The translations under genes and the position numbers were made by a program. Shown piece after piece: positions 27,773-38,393 of a stretch of DNA of 64,000 nt. The stretch spans positions 297,929 to 361,928 of the forward strand of contig CAZQKK010000001.1 of the NCBI GenBank assembly GCA_964593885.1. Reading direction: 5' to 3'. Source of the DNA: an uncultured Candidatus Saccharibacteria bacterium (GTDB lineage Bacteria; Patescibacteriota; UBA1384; CAILIB01). Under the pieces are notes generated by a model. The model was given only the letters and a program-made list of their open reading frames with translations. It searched no databases and was not told the origin of the DNA. Within the stretch, counting starts at the first letter, position 1; the number at the start of each line of letters is the position of its first letter.

Positions 27773-29554
27773 ATGCAGTCCCAAGAAATTCGCAAGCGGT
27801 ACCTGAAGTTTTTTGCCGATCGTGGCCACACGGTCATTCCTTCAAGTTCGCTCATCCCTGAAAACGACCCCACGGTACTCTTTACCACAGCTGGCATGCA
27901 GCCCTTGGTTCCGTACCTCCTCGGCCAAATTCACCCAGGTGGCAGGAGGCTCACCAGCGTTCAGAAGTGTGTGAGAACGGGGGACATTGAGGAAGTTGGC
28001 GATAACCGCCACCTGACCTTCTTTGAGATGCTCGGCAACTGGTCACTTGGCGACTACTTCAAGAACGAGTCTATCCGCTGGAGCTTCGAGTTCCTCACCA
28101 GCAGCGAACATGGCCTTGGACTAGATCCAGCCAAGCTCTACGTCACCGTATTTGGGGGCGATAGTAACGCTCCAAAAGACGAAGAGTCCATTGGCATCTG
28201 GAAAGAGGTGTTTGCCTCAGTTGGGATTACCACTGGTGTAGATGTGCCACTTGCAGAGGGCGGGAGGATCTTCTCTCTGAGTGATAACTGGTGGGGGCCA
28301 GCCGGACAGTCTGGGCCATGCGGACCAGACACCGAGATTCACTACGATGTGGGTGGAGATGCGGTACTTACACTCCCAGACGGGATGCCAGATTTTGAGA
28401 GTGGGAGAATCATGGAAATCTGGAACAACGTTTTCATGCAGTACAACAAGAGTGTTACTGGAGAGTTCACCCCTCTCGAACAGAGCAACGTTGACACTGG
28501 TATGGGACTCGATAGAATCGCCCTCATCATGCAGGGTAAGACGGTACCATTTGAAACCGACCTCTTTACTAACCTCATCTTTGAGCTCCACGCCATCGCT
28601 CCAGACCTTACGGCTAATGAGAGCGCTACACGGGTGGTTGCTGACCACTTCAGGACAGCGGTGATGATGGTTGCAGATGGGGTAACTCCCTCAAACAAGG
28701 ATAGGGGCTACATCCTCAGGAGGCTCATAAGGCGGGCAACCCTCTACCTGGGACTACCTGGGACCGAATGGGTGGGATCGCTGGTTGCAGCGGTTGGGGG
28801 TATCTACAGAGAGCAGTACCCAGTAGTTGAGGAGCTCTACCCCGAGATTACAAAGTCAATTAGTGAAGAAGTCTCAAAGTTTCAGCGAACACTTGAAAAA
28901 GGAAAGCAGGAAATCGCAAAGCGCCAATCTCTCACCGGGAAAGACGCATTTGACCTCTACCAGAGCTACGGCTTCCCCCTAGAACTCACCAAGGAGTACG
29001 CAGCAAGTAAGGGAGTGACCTTTGACGAAAGAGAGTTTGAAACAGAGTTCCTCAAGCACCAAGAGCTCTCACGAACCGCATCTGCCGGACAGTTCTCATC
29101 AGGCCTCGCAGACCACTCAGAAGCCACTGTGGCGTACCATACGGCCACGCACCTCCTCCACCAGGCGCTCAGGAACATTCTCGGTCCTAGCGTCCAGCAG
29201 AAGGGGAGCAACATTACCCCCGAGAGACTGCGATTCGACTTTTCTTGGCCTGAGAAGATGACACCTGAACAAATTGCCGCCGTTGAAGCCGAGGTCAACG
29301 CCCAGATTGCAGCTGGCTTACCAGTATCTGTTGTAACCATGCATCCAGATGAAGCTCTCGCATCAGGAGCCATTGGGCTCTTTGGCCACAAGTATGGGGA
29401 CAGCGTTACCGTCTACAGCATGGGTGGTTACAGCAAAGAAATCTGTACCGGACCCCACGTTGAAAACACTAAGACACTCGGGAAATTCAGTATTTCAAAA
29501 GAGGAAGCGGTGAGCGCTGGAGTGAGGCGAATTAAGGCAGTGCTAACTCATTGA
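27773..29554 (+). CDS. alaS: Alanyl-tRNA synthetase, short form (catalytic + editing domains, lacks C-Ala domain)
   Basis: N-terminus MQSQEIRKRYLKFFADRGHTVIPSSSLIP...TTAGMQP; editing HxxxH (TATHLLHQAL) and CTGPH motifs; only 593 aa. Confidence 0.8.
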   Translation: MQSQEIRKRYLKFFADRGHTVIPSSSLIPENDPTVLFTTAGMQPLVPYLLGQIHPGGRRLTSVQKCVRTGDIEEVGDNRHLTFFEMLGNWSLGDYFKNESIRWSFEFLTSSEHGLGLDPAKLYVTVFGGDSNAPKDEESIGIWKEVFASVGITTGVDVPLAEGGRIFSLSDNWWGPAGQSGPCGPDTEIHYDVGGDAVLTLPDGMPDFESGRIMEIWNNVFMQYNKSVTGEFTPLEQSNVDTGMGLDRIALIMQGKTVPFETDLFTNLIFELHAIAPDLTANESATRVVADHFRTAVMMVADGVTPSNKDRGYILRRLIRRATLYLGLPGTEWVGSLVAAVGGIYREQYPVVEELYPEITKSISEEVSKFQRTLEKGKQEIAKRQSLTGKDAFDLYQSYGFPLELTKEYAASKGVTFDEREFETEFLKHQELSRTASAGQFSSGLADHSEATVAYHTATHLLHQALRNILGPSVQQKGSNITPERLRFDFSWPEKMTPEQIAAVEAEVNAQIAAGLPVSVVTMHPDEALASGAIGLFGHKYGDSVTVYSMGGYSKEICTGPHVENTKTLGKFSISKEEAVSAGVRRIKAVLTH

Positions 29555-29707
29555 CACCCAAAGTACTTCTGCCTATACTCAGGGCACTCAATTCCTTACC
29601 CGCAAAAGTAAGTATTTAGCGGAAACAATCTGGAGGTTTGCAAAGTGATTGTTCACCAAGCAAACCCTGCTATACTTTGTTCCGACATCAAATTAGATTA
29701 GTCAGCT

Positions 29708-30178
29708 ATGAAAGATATTCTACTCACCAAGGAGGGGATCGCGAAGCTCAAGGGTGAGCTCAAGACACTCATCGAGGTAGATCGCAAAGACATCATCAAG
29801 AAGATCAAAGAAACCCGTGAATACGGAGATCTTTCTGAGAATGCCGAGTACGATGCCGCTCGCAACCAGCAATCAATGATTGAGGGTCGTATTGAAGAAC
29901 TTGAGGCACTCCTCAAGAAGGCAAAGGTACTTGATGAGAAGAAGATCCAGGCAAACCACGATAAGGTTTCCATTGGTTCAGACGTACAGGTTGAAGTTGA
30001 GGGAGAGAAGGAAGAGATTACCCTCGTCAGTTCTGCAGAGTCAGACCCAACAACTGGACACATTTCAATTGAGTCACCACTCGGTAAAGCTATGGTTGGT
30101 GCTAAAGTAGGAGAGACGGTTACTTTCGAAACTCCGGACGGCGACAAAATCGCTTACAAGATTCTCAAGATCAACTAA
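29708..30178 (+). CDS. greA: Transcription elongation factor GreA
   Basis: LTKEGIAKLKGELKTL...EYGDLSENAEYDAAR signature. Confidence 0.85.
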   Translation: MKDILLTKEGIAKLKGELKTLIEVDRKDIIKKIKETREYGDLSENAEYDAARNQQSMIEGRIEELEALLKKAKVLDEKKIQANHDKVSIGSDVQVEVEGEKEEITLVSSAESDPTTGHISIESPLGKAMVGAKVGETVTFETPDGDKIAYKILKIN

Positions 30179-30192
30179 GAAAAAGGGGGAGA

Positions 30193-31710
30193 ATGGCGCA
30201 GTTTACGGATCTCGACCCGTTTGCTGCAAGGGCGGCAAAGCTTCAGGCACTTCGAGATGCCGGAGTAGAGCCGTACCCTCAACGCGTCCCAGCTCACGTT
30301 AGGATTGCTGAGGCGCGTGAGGCAGGTAGTACTGCTGGAGAGACACCAGAGGTAGAGGTAACGGTAGTGGGGAGGCTCAAGGCACTTCGTGGCCAGGGAG
30401 CCCTCTTTTTTGCAGACCTCTACGATGCCACAGGCAAGCTGCAGCTCCTCTTCAAGCAAGATGCCATTTCACCAGAAGAGTTTGAGAGACTCGATCTCCT
30501 AGACCTAGGGGACTTCATTGCTGCCTCCGGAAAACTCTTCATGAGCAGACGGGGCGAGCTAACCCTCCAGGTTGCTACCTGGCAGGTGCTCAGTAAAGCC
30601 ACCCACCCACTTCCAGATCTCTGGAAGGGTCTCCAGGACATCGAGCAACGCCAACGCCAGCGCTACGCAGAGCTCATCGTGAGCGAAGAGGCAATGGACA
30701 GGTTCCAGAAGCGAAGCATCCTCGTGGCGCGCATTCGCCAGTTCCTCCACGAGCACGCTTTTGTTGAGGTGGAAACACCAGTTTTGGAGCACACCCCCGG
30801 GGGCGCCGATGCCGAGCCATTCACCACCCACCACAACGCCCTCGATACAGACTTTTTCCTGAGGATTTCACTTGAGCTTCACCTGAAACGCCTAGTAGTT
30901 GGCGGATTTGACAGGGTGTTTGAGCTTGGGAAGGTGTTCAGGAACGAGGGGATGAGCCCCCAGCACCTCCAAGAGTTCACCATGCTCGAGTTCTACTGGG
31001 CTTACGCTTCCTACAAGGAGCTCATGCCTTTCATTCAGAGGATGTACCAAGAGGTAATTGAGGCAACTACCGGCACTCTCCAGATTGAGCGTGGCGAACA
31101 TGTCCTAGACTTTTCAGGTGAGTGGCCAGTGGTTTCTTACGTCCAGCTCCTCAAGGACTACGCTGGTATCGACATTCTTGAAGCCACCGATGAGCAGCTG
31201 GTTGAGAGCATCATCGCCCACGGCCTCAAAACCGGTCAGGGTGCTGATCAGAGTGCTAAACCTGAAGAGTTGGCAAAACTTGGGAGAGGTAGGCTGATTG
31301 ATATCCTCTACAAAAAAACTGCCAGACCACACCTTATCCAACCCCAGTTTGTCATTGATTTCCCGGTTGAGTTTTCACCTCTCACCAAGCAGAAACCTGA
31401 AGATCCACGCCTCACCGAGAGGGTAGTGGTACTCATTGATGGGATGGAGGTTGGAAACGGCTACACCGAGCTCAATGATCCAGAAGAGCAGCGCAAGAGG
31501 CTTGAGCAACAGGAGGTACTGAGGATTAAAGGAGATGCTGAAGCTCAGCGCATGGATGAAGATTTTATCACCTCGCTCTCGCACGGCATGCCACCAACAA
31601 CTGGCTTTGGGGTAAGTATTGATAGGCTCATGGTTGCTATTACAGGTGTTGATTCGGTAAGGGAAACCGTCTTGTTCCCAACCATGCGACCTGAGAAGAA
31701 GGGCGAGTAA
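30193..31710 (+). CDS. lysS: Lysyl-tRNA synthetase, class II
   Basis: Class II motifs: FLRISLELHLKRL, GKVFRNEG, MLEFYWAY, C-terminal GFGVSIDRL. Confidence 0.9.
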   Translation: MAQFTDLDPFAARAAKLQALRDAGVEPYPQRVPAHVRIAEAREAGSTAGETPEVEVTVVGRLKALRGQGALFFADLYDATGKLQLLFKQDAISPEEFERLDLLDLGDFIAASGKLFMSRRGELTLQVATWQVLSKATHPLPDLWKGLQDIEQRQRQRYAELIVSEEAMDRFQKRSILVARIRQFLHEHAFVEVETPVLEHTPGGADAEPFTTHHNALDTDFFLRISLELHLKRLVVGGFDRVFELGKVFRNEGMSPQHLQEFTMLEFYWAYASYKELMPFIQRMYQEVIEATTGTLQIERGEHVLDFSGEWPVVSYVQLLKDYAGIDILEATDEQLVESIIAHGLKTGQGADQSAKPEELAKLGRGRLIDILYKKTARPHLIQPQFVIDFPVEFSPLTKQKPEDPRLTERVVVLIDGMEVGNGYTELNDPEEQRKRLEQQEVLRIKGDAEAQRMDEDFITSLSHGMPPTTGFGVSIDRLMVAITGVDSVRETVLFPTMRPEKKGE

Positions 31711-31754
31711 TGCAGGAGCTGGAAGAAGGAGCATAAATCTGAAAGGATAGAGGT

Positions 31755-33032
31755 ATGTTAGATCCCAAAATTATTAGAGAACAGGCAGATGTTGTTAAAG
31801 CTGGGCTTGCCAAGAAGCACGGAGATACTCAGCTAGTAGATAGGTTCTTAGAGCTAGACCAGAAGCGAAGGTCTCTCCAGGGAGGTGTTGAACAGTTCCA
31901 AGCTGAGCTTAACCAGGCTTCAACTGAGATGGCAGCTTCAGCTCCCGAAGAGCGCGAGGCTAAGCGTGAGTCACTTCGTGAACTATCAGACAAGGTAAAG
32001 ACGGGAAGTGCAGCTCTCGCTGAGCTAGAAGCTGAGGTACTGCTCATCCACCGCCAGATTCCCAATCTCCCAGCAAGTGATGTTCCCGAAGGGGAGACCG
32101 ACAAAGAGAATGTGGTGGTGAAGACCGTGGGGAAGAAACCAGTATTCACCTTTGAGCCTAAAGACCACGAAGCCTTGACCGTCAACCTAAATCTCCTCGA
32201 TACAGAGAGGGGTACCAAGGTGGCAGGTTCCAAGTTCTACTACCTGAAAAACGAGCTTGTTATCCTTGAGCAGGCAGTTTTGAGATTTGCTCTGGACACC
32301 ATGAGGTCAAAGGGTTTCAACCTTCTGACCGTTCCTCATATGGCGAAGGTCGATGCTTTTTATGGAGCCGGCCACTTTGCTACCCCGGAAGATGCTGTAG
32401 AGGGTGATGCCTACCAGCTTGAGAGAGACAACCTCTACCTGGCTGGAACCGCAGAAGTGGGTCTCATCAACTACCACGCCGGCGAGGTTATCTCTGAAGA
32501 TCAACTACCTCTACGTTATGCTGGGATTTCTCCCTGCTACCGCAGAGAGGCAGGAACCTATGGCAAAGAGACGCGTGGACTCTACCGGGTACACCAGTTC
32601 AATAAGGTTGAGATGGTGAGCCTGGTCAAACCTGAAGACTCTGAAAAAGAGCACGAGATGCTCCTTGGCATCGCTGAAGAGCTCTTGCAGAAACTAGGAC
32701 TCTCCTACCAGGTTGTCCTCAACTGCGGTGGTGACCTTGGGCACCCTCAGGCAAAGAAGTGGGATATCGAAACCTGGCTTCCTGGGATGAACAAGTATGG
32801 TGAAACCCACTCCTGTTCAAACGATACTGACTGGCAGGCTCGCTCTCTAGGGATTCGCTCCAAGTCAGCTACTGGAGAGAGGTACTTTGTGCACACACTC
32901 AACAATACCGTTATCGCATCGCCTAGGATTCTGGTGGCACTCATTGAAAACTACCAGGAAGCGGATGGGAGTATTAGAATTCCAGATGTTTTAGTTAGCT
33001 ATACCGGATTTGATCGGATCTTTGCCAGTTAA
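31755..33032 (+). CDS. serS: Seryl-tRNA synthetase
   Basis: N-terminal coiled-coil arm, class II motifs (YRREAG, GETHSCSN), 425 aa. Confidence 0.9.
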   Translation: MLDPKIIREQADVVKAGLAKKHGDTQLVDRFLELDQKRRSLQGGVEQFQAELNQASTEMAASAPEEREAKRESLRELSDKVKTGSAALAELEAEVLLIHRQIPNLPASDVPEGETDKENVVVKTVGKKPVFTFEPKDHEALTVNLNLLDTERGTKVAGSKFYYLKNELVILEQAVLRFALDTMRSKGFNLLTVPHMAKVDAFYGAGHFATPEDAVEGDAYQLERDNLYLAGTAEVGLINYHAGEVISEDQLPLRYAGISPCYRREAGTYGKETRGLYRVHQFNKVEMVSLVKPEDSEKEHEMLLGIAEELLQKLGLSYQVVLNCGGDLGHPQAKKWDIETWLPGMNKYGETHSCSNDTDWQARSLGIRSKSATGERYFVHTLNNTVIASPRILVALIENYQEADGSIRIPDVLVSYTGFDRIFAS

Positions 33033-33108
33033 ACCTGAGAAAAACGCCTAATAGAGAGAAGCCTCTTGATTAGCAGGAGGCTTTTTGGAATAACAGTTCT
33101 AACCGCAA

Positions 33109-33459
33109 TTGTGCGGTGAGGATGTGTTTGTGAAGAGTTACGATTTACAGAGACTGACATACAACAGGGATGATGTCATTGTCACCCGCAACGGTAGGGG
33201 ACCTGGGAGGGTGGCCTACAACGGCAAATATGCCGGCGAAGTGGTACTGGGCAAAGGAGGTGTCCTTGAGTACCGACCAGTTCGTTGGGTGAGCAGGTGG
33301 GAGCACGAAAAGCTGGTGAGGGAGCGGGCAATTCTCCTCTACAAGCAGCAGCTTAGCCATTTCAACCAGCTCAGCAATCAGACCAAGAAGGTTAACGGTC
33401 GCCGCAAGAGGCGACGAAGGAGCTTTCGGGCAAAATCGCTCCAATATGCTACAAGCTAG
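33109..33459 (+). CDS. Hypothetical small basic protein with C-terminal GRRKRRRRSFR stretch
   Basis: ORF only; upstream of secA. Confidence 0.3.
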   Translation: MCGEDVFVKSYDLQRLTYNRDDVIVTRNGRGPGRVAYNGKYAGEVVLGKGGVLEYRPVRWVSRWEHEKLVRERAILLYKQQLSHFNQLSNQTKKVNGRRKRRRRSFRAKSLQYATS

Positions 33460-33567
33460 CAGTTTCTAACACTGGCAGACCGCCGGTGTTTTTTGTGGTT
33501 TCTCGTCCCAGACGAGACCATCTCTAGGGTAGATTACCTGGGGTATTCCAGCTATCATACCTTTGCT

Positions 33568-36153
33568 ATGCCAATCCTAGAAAAACTCCTCGGCGCCGAT
33601 CCTTCCAAGGCCTTTTTGCGTCGTCACCAGAAAACGGTTGAGAAAATTAATGCCCTCGAAGCTGAGCTCAAAGAGCTTTCAGACAAGGACCTTGCCGCCA
33701 AGACTCTCGAGTTCCGCAAGAAACTTGCAGAGCATGAGGTAAAGCGGAGCGAAGACCCGCTCGCCGCTCTTGAAGATGACCAGCAGCTCCACGACATCCA
33801 CGATAGAGCCAAAGAGAAGAAGCGCTACAACACGCTCCTCGCAACCATCTTGCCAGAGGCATTTGCGGTGGTGAGGGAAGCCTCAAGGCGCACCGTTGGG
33901 CAGCGCCACTTTGATGTCCAGCTCCTGGGAGGCATTGCCCTCCATGAAGGCTCGGTAGCGGAGATGAGAACAGGTGAAGGAAAGACCTTGGTTGCTACCC
34001 TCCCGCTCTACCTCAACTCACTGGTGGGGAAGGGTGTTCACCTGATTACCGTTAATGATTACCTCGCCAAGTACGCCGTAGAGGTGTACGGTCCGGTTTA
34101 CAGCTTCCTGGGGGTGACTGTGGGGGTGGTGGTACACGATACCGCCTTCAAGTACCAAGATGGCGAACTGGTGCCAGTAACCAGGCAGGAAGCCTACGGG
34201 TGCGATATTACCTACGGAACCAACAACGAGTTTGGTTTTGACTACCTCAGGGACAACATGGTGCAGGAAGCTCAGCAGCTGGTACAGCGAGAGCTCTTCT
34301 TTGCCATCGTTGACGAGGTAGACTCCATTCTCATCGATGAGGCGAGAACTCCACTCATTATCTCGGGTCCAGCCGAAGAGTCTTCAGATACCTACCAGCA
34401 GTTTGCCCGCCTCGTGCCACGGCTCAAGGTTGAGGTTGACTACACCGTAGACGAGAAAGATCGCGCTGTTTCGCTCACCCGTGAAGGTATCGCCCATATG
34501 GAGCAGCTTCTCGGGGTTGAGAACATCTACGGCGAAGAGGTGCAGCTTGCCTACCACCTAGAGGAATCACTCAAGGCTCAAATTCTCTACAAGCGCGATA
34601 AAGACTACGTTGTTCAGGATGGTGAGGTAGTGATTGTTGACGAGTTTACCGGCCGCCTGATGCCAGGAAGGCGCTACTCTGAGGGTCTCCACCAGGCTAT
34701 CGAGGCAAAAGAGGGGGTAAACGTTCAGCGTGAGTCAAACACCCTCGCCACCATTTCGTTCCAGAACCTCTTCAGAACCTACACCAAGCTTTCAGGTATG
34801 ACGGGAACGGCTGCTACCGAGGCTGAGGAGTTCCACAAGATCTATGGGCTTGATGTCATGGTTATCCCTACCAACCGAGACATGGTCAGGAAAGACCAGC
34901 CAGACCGTATCTACAAGAACGAGACTGGGAAGTTCAAGGCGGTTATCGCTGATATTAAGGCTATCCACGCCACAGGCCAGCCAATCCTCATTGGTACCAT
35001 TTCAGTTGAGAAGAACGAGCTGTTCAGTTCGCTCCTGAAGAATGCTGGTATCCCACACCAGATGCTCAACGCCAAGAACCACGCCAAAGAAGCAGAGATC
35101 ATCTCGCTTGCCGGTGTGAAGGGTGGGGTAACGCTCGCTACCAACATGGCAGGACGGGGAACTGACATCATGCTTGGTGGCGCCAAGCCATCTCACAGCG
35201 ATTTTGAGAACGACGCAGACTACGAGAAGGCACTTGCTGCATGGGAGAAGGCTCACGACGAGATTGTCTCGCTAGGTGGTCTCCACGTGGTAGGAACTGA
35301 GCGTCACGAGTCACGTCGTATTGATAACCAGCTACGAGGTAGGGCTGGACGTCAGGGTGACCCGGGTTCAAGCCAGTTCTACGTTTCAACAGACGATGAT
35401 CTCATGCGTATCTTTGGTGGGGAGCGAATGAAGACCCTCCTCCAGAGCCTTGGGGTGGCCGATGACGAGGCTATTGAGCACAAGATGATGAGTAGGTTCC
35501 TAGAAACCGCCCAGAAGCGGGTTGAGGGCCACAACTTCGATATCCGGAAGCGACTCATCCAGTATGATGATGTCCTCAACCGCCACCGTGAGGTTATCTA
35601 CAAGCGCCGTCGTAAGGTGCTGGTGAACCCTGATGACACCAAGTCCATTGAGGATGTGGTTGAGAACAGTGCCGCTGATGAAGCACGCCACCTGGTAAGT
35701 CTCCATGCCTCTGGCTTCCACCAGGAGTGGAACCTTCCACGCCTGACCAGAGACCTCGCCGCAATGCTCGGCCTCGCTGAGTCTGAGCGAATTGCCATTG
35801 AGGATGAACTTGGTAAGTTCCAGAGTGACGCCGCGGTAGAAGAGCACGTCGTGAACATCTTCAAGACCGCCATTGACGTGAAGCGCGAGCAGATGGGGAA
35901 GCTCTTTGGGCCGGTACTCAGAACCGTCTACCTCCAGAATACCGACATGCTCTGGGTTGAACACCTCAACGTCATGCAAGAGCTCCGTACCGGTATTGGG
36001 TTGAGGGGTTACGCTCAGACCGATCCTCTGGTAGCCTACAAGGCAGAGGGGTACCGTCACTTCCAGAACCTCATCAAGGCCATCGACCTGCAAACTACCC
36101 GTACCTTGCTTCGCATCGAGAAGGTAGAACAGGTTCCGGCACCTAAGGCGTAA
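33568..36153 (+). CDS. secA: Preprotein translocase ATPase SecA (start taken at MPILEKLLG)
   Basis: DEAD-like motor: MRTGEGKTLVATLP Walker A, DEVDSILIDEARTPLIISG, C-terminal helical scaffold. Confidence 0.9.
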   Translation: MPILEKLLGADPSKAFLRRHQKTVEKINALEAELKELSDKDLAAKTLEFRKKLAEHEVKRSEDPLAALEDDQQLHDIHDRAKEKKRYNTLLATILPEAFAVVREASRRTVGQRHFDVQLLGGIALHEGSVAEMRTGEGKTLVATLPLYLNSLVGKGVHLITVNDYLAKYAVEVYGPVYSFLGVTVGVVVHDTAFKYQDGELVPVTRQEAYGCDITYGTNNEFGFDYLRDNMVQEAQQLVQRELFFAIVDEVDSILIDEARTPLIISGPAEESSDTYQQFARLVPRLKVEVDYTVDEKDRAVSLTREGIAHMEQLLGVENIYGEEVQLAYHLEESLKAQILYKRDKDYVVQDGEVVIVDEFTGRLMPGRRYSEGLHQAIEAKEGVNVQRESNTLATISFQNLFRTYTKLSGMTGTAATEAEEFHKIYGLDVMVIPTNRDMVRKDQPDRIYKNETGKFKAVIADIKAIHATGQPILIGTISVEKNELFSSLLKNAGIPHQMLNAKNHAKEAEIISLAGVKGGVTLATNMAGRGTDIMLGGAKPSHSDFENDADYEKALAAWEKAHDEIVSLGGLHVVGTERHESRRIDNQLRGRAGRQGDPGSSQFYVSTDDDLMRIFGGERMKTLLQSLGVADDEAIEHKMMSRFLETAQKRVEGHNFDIRKRLIQYDDVLNRHREVIYKRRRKVLVNPDDTKSIEDVVENSAADEARHLVSLHASGFHQEWNLPRLTRDLAAMLGLAESERIAIEDELGKFQSDAAVEEHVVNIFKTAIDVKREQMGKLFGPVLRTVYLQNTDMLWVEHLNVMQELRTGIGLRGYAQTDPLVAYKAEGYRHFQNLIKAIDLQTTRTLLRIEKVEQVPAPKA

Positions 36154-36156
36154 CCC

Positions 36157-36837
36157 ATGGCATTCGTCCACTTGGATCAAGCAGCTCGGCAGGTTGGTAA
36201 GTCTGAGGTAACCGTCAGACGCTTGGTAAAGGCGGGAAAAATTTCGCACCGCAAGGAAAAGACTCTCACCGGGTTTATCTACCTGGTAGACCCCACCGAA
36301 ATCTCCCACTACTACGGCGACAGGGGGAGTAGCTCAGAAGACTTCGCCCAGCAGCTGCGTGAAGCAGGTGCTGAGGTTGTTGAAGAGGTGAGGGTGCACC
36401 ACGCAAAGCCCCTTGAGAGTAGTACAGAAGATCACGGGGAACAGGCCCAAGCTGAATCTGGTTCAACCCGCCAGATTAGGGTTGCTGTAGCTAGTGAGTC
36501 AGGAAACCTCAGCGAGTACTGGCAGAAGCGAGCTGAAACCTACGAAAATCGCTACCACCAAACCCTTGAAACTCAATCAAAGCTCCGAGAAGAGCTAGGT
36601 GTTTGGCGTGGAAGAGCCGAGCAGGCACAGAACATGCTCGTAAAGCTCCTGCCTGCCCCTGCAGCTCCTACCTCAACTCCAGAGCCTGAGAAGGAACCGG
36701 AGAAACCTGTTGAGCCAAAGAAAGCTGAAAAGCCAGAGAACTCATCAGGTACCTGGGTAGTTGCCCTCCTAGCCGTCATTGCTGGTCTCTTTGCCGTAGC
36801 CCTTACTGCCGCTGCCTTCTACGTTCTCTCTCGGTAG
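36157..36837 (+). CDS. Hypothetical protein: N-terminal HTH (excisionase/MerR-like), coiled coil, PEPEKEPEKP low-complexity, C-terminal TM anchor; 3 nt downstream of secA
   Basis: MAFVHLDQAARQVGKSEVTVRRLVKAGKISHRKE HTH-like; C-terminal WVVALLAVIAGLFAVALTAAAFYVL. Confidence 0.5.
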   Translation: MAFVHLDQAARQVGKSEVTVRRLVKAGKISHRKEKTLTGFIYLVDPTEISHYYGDRGSSSEDFAQQLREAGAEVVEEVRVHHAKPLESSTEDHGEQAQAESGSTRQIRVAVASESGNLSEYWQKRAETYENRYHQTLETQSKLREELGVWRGRAEQAQNMLVKLLPAPAAPTSTPEPEKEPEKPVEPKKAEKPENSSGTWVVALLAVIAGLFAVALTAAAFYVLSR

Positions 36838-36848
36838 CACCAGGGCTT

Positions 36849-38390
36849 TTAGGAGTGCACCAGCTTGAGGAGCCAGCCGTTAAAGACAAAGAGCTCCAAG
36901 AGGCCGATTACCGAGATAATCGCCACAAAGGCGAGGCTGTGCCAGATTACCCGTTTGAGGATGAGCGCCTCGTGCCCGGTTTCGCCCACTACGCCTGCGG
37001 CAATTGAGATACTCTGTGGCGAAATCATCTTCCCGCTTACACCGCCGCTACTTCCGGTAGCCACAATAATCTCGGGAGAGAGGTTGAGTTTTGTGGCGGC
37101 TGTTTTCTGTAAGCCCCCAAATAGCGCGCCAGAGGCAGTATCGCTCCCAGTGACAAAGACTCCCAGCCAGCCAATGAGGGGCGAAACTACCGGGTAGGCA
37201 AAACCAATGCCTGCAAGTCCGGCTCCGAGGGTAGTGAGCATGCCGCTGTTTCCCGCCACAAAGGCGAAGCTCAAGATGAACACAATGGTCAGGATGGGGC
37301 GATAGAGATCTTTTACGGCAGTGAGGGCAACTCCACCCGCGTCCCGCAGGGTGATTTTGAGGATGGGGAGGCTCAAGAGCGCGGCAATGAAGATGGCAGT
37401 CCCTGGTGAGCCTAGCCAGTTAAAGTGGTAGGTGCTAGGAGAGCCGGGGATGTGGAGGTGGAGGGTTAGTGAAGACAGGACGTGCTCTACTGTAGGTACG
37501 CTCCAGGTGACCGCAAAGATGATGAGTAAGACGTAGGGTGCCCAGGCGCGGAAGAGCTCTGGCTTAGTGCGGTTGGGAACGTGGTGCAGGGTGCTGTCAT
37601 CAGGGAATCGCCAAACCGGCTTTGGCTTCGCTACCTTGAGGTACCAAACCGTTGCCACAATTGCCACACAGGCTGCAATGATGTTGGGGAGGTTTGGGCC
37701 GAAGAACCAGGCAACCACCAGCATCGTGATGCTGTATGAGAGGCCCGCTACGGTGAGTACCGGCCAGATTTCCAGCATCTTCTTTCGCCCCGCTACTACC
37801 CAGATGAGCCAAAAAGGAACCAGAGCAGCTAGGAGGAAGAGCTGGAACGAAATAATGCGTGCCAGGAGACCTGCATCAATACCGGTAACCGTGGCTGTAG
37901 TGATGACAGGAATCCCGATACCTCCAAAAGCAACAGGGGCAGCGTTAGCAATGAGGCAGACGATGGCGGCAGTCATAGGTCTGAAACCAATCCCCAAGAG
38001 GATTGCCGAGGTGATGGCTACCGGTGCACCAAACCCGGTAGCACCCTCAAGGAAGGCACCAAAGCAGTAGGCGATGAGGATGGTTTGGATCCTTCTGTCG
38101 TGGCTAATACCCCCAATCTGTTCCTTGAGGACGGTGAAGGAGCCGCTCTTCTCAGAAAGTCGGTACACCAGGATTGCAGCAAAGACTATCCAGACAATGG
38201 GGAAGAGAGCTGTGAGTGATCCGTAGGCTATCGAGCCAAAAATGGTGGTAAGCGACGTATCAAAAGCGACGTACGCTAGTACTGAAGCTACCACCAGAAC
38301 CGTTAGGGCAGCCCTGTGGCTGGCTGCATGCCGTACCGCAAGCGCAAAAAAGAAGAAGGCGATTGGGAAGAGGGCGAGAAAGAAGAGCAT
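36849..38390 (-). CDS. lctP: L-lactate permease family transporter (LctP)
   Basis: LFPIVWIVFAAILVYRLSEKSGSF...DRRIQTILIAYCFGAFLEGATGFGAPVAI matches LctP signature region; ~13 TM. Confidence 0.75.
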   Translation of the reverse strand: MLFFLALFPIAFFFFALAVRHAASHRAALTVLVVASVLAYVAFDTSLTTIFGSIAYGSLTALFPIVWIVFAAILVYRLSEKSGSFTVLKEQIGGISHDRRIQTILIAYCFGAFLEGATGFGAPVAITSAILLGIGFRPMTAAIVCLIANAAPVAFGGIGIPVITTATVTGIDAGLLARIISFQLFLLAALVPFWLIWVVAGRKKMLEIWPVLTVAGLSYSITMLVVAWFFGPNLPNIIAACVAIVATVWYLKVAKPKPVWRFPDDSTLHHVPNRTKPELFRAWAPYVLLIIFAVTWSVPTVEHVLSSLTLHLHIPGSPSTYHFNWLGSPGTAIFIAALLSLPILKITLRDAGGVALTAVKDLYRPILTIVFILSFAFVAGNSGMLTTLGAGLAGIGFAYPVVSPLIGWLGVFVTGSDTASGALFGGLQKTAATKLNLSPEIIVATGSSGGVSGKMISPQSISIAAGVVGETGHEALILKRVIWHSLAFVAIISVIGLLELFVFNGWLLKLVHS

Positions 38391-38393
38391 GGC

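Noticed and set aside
35500-36309. 269-aa antisense ORF within secA
   Set aside because: It is opposite a highly conserved gene and has no motifs.
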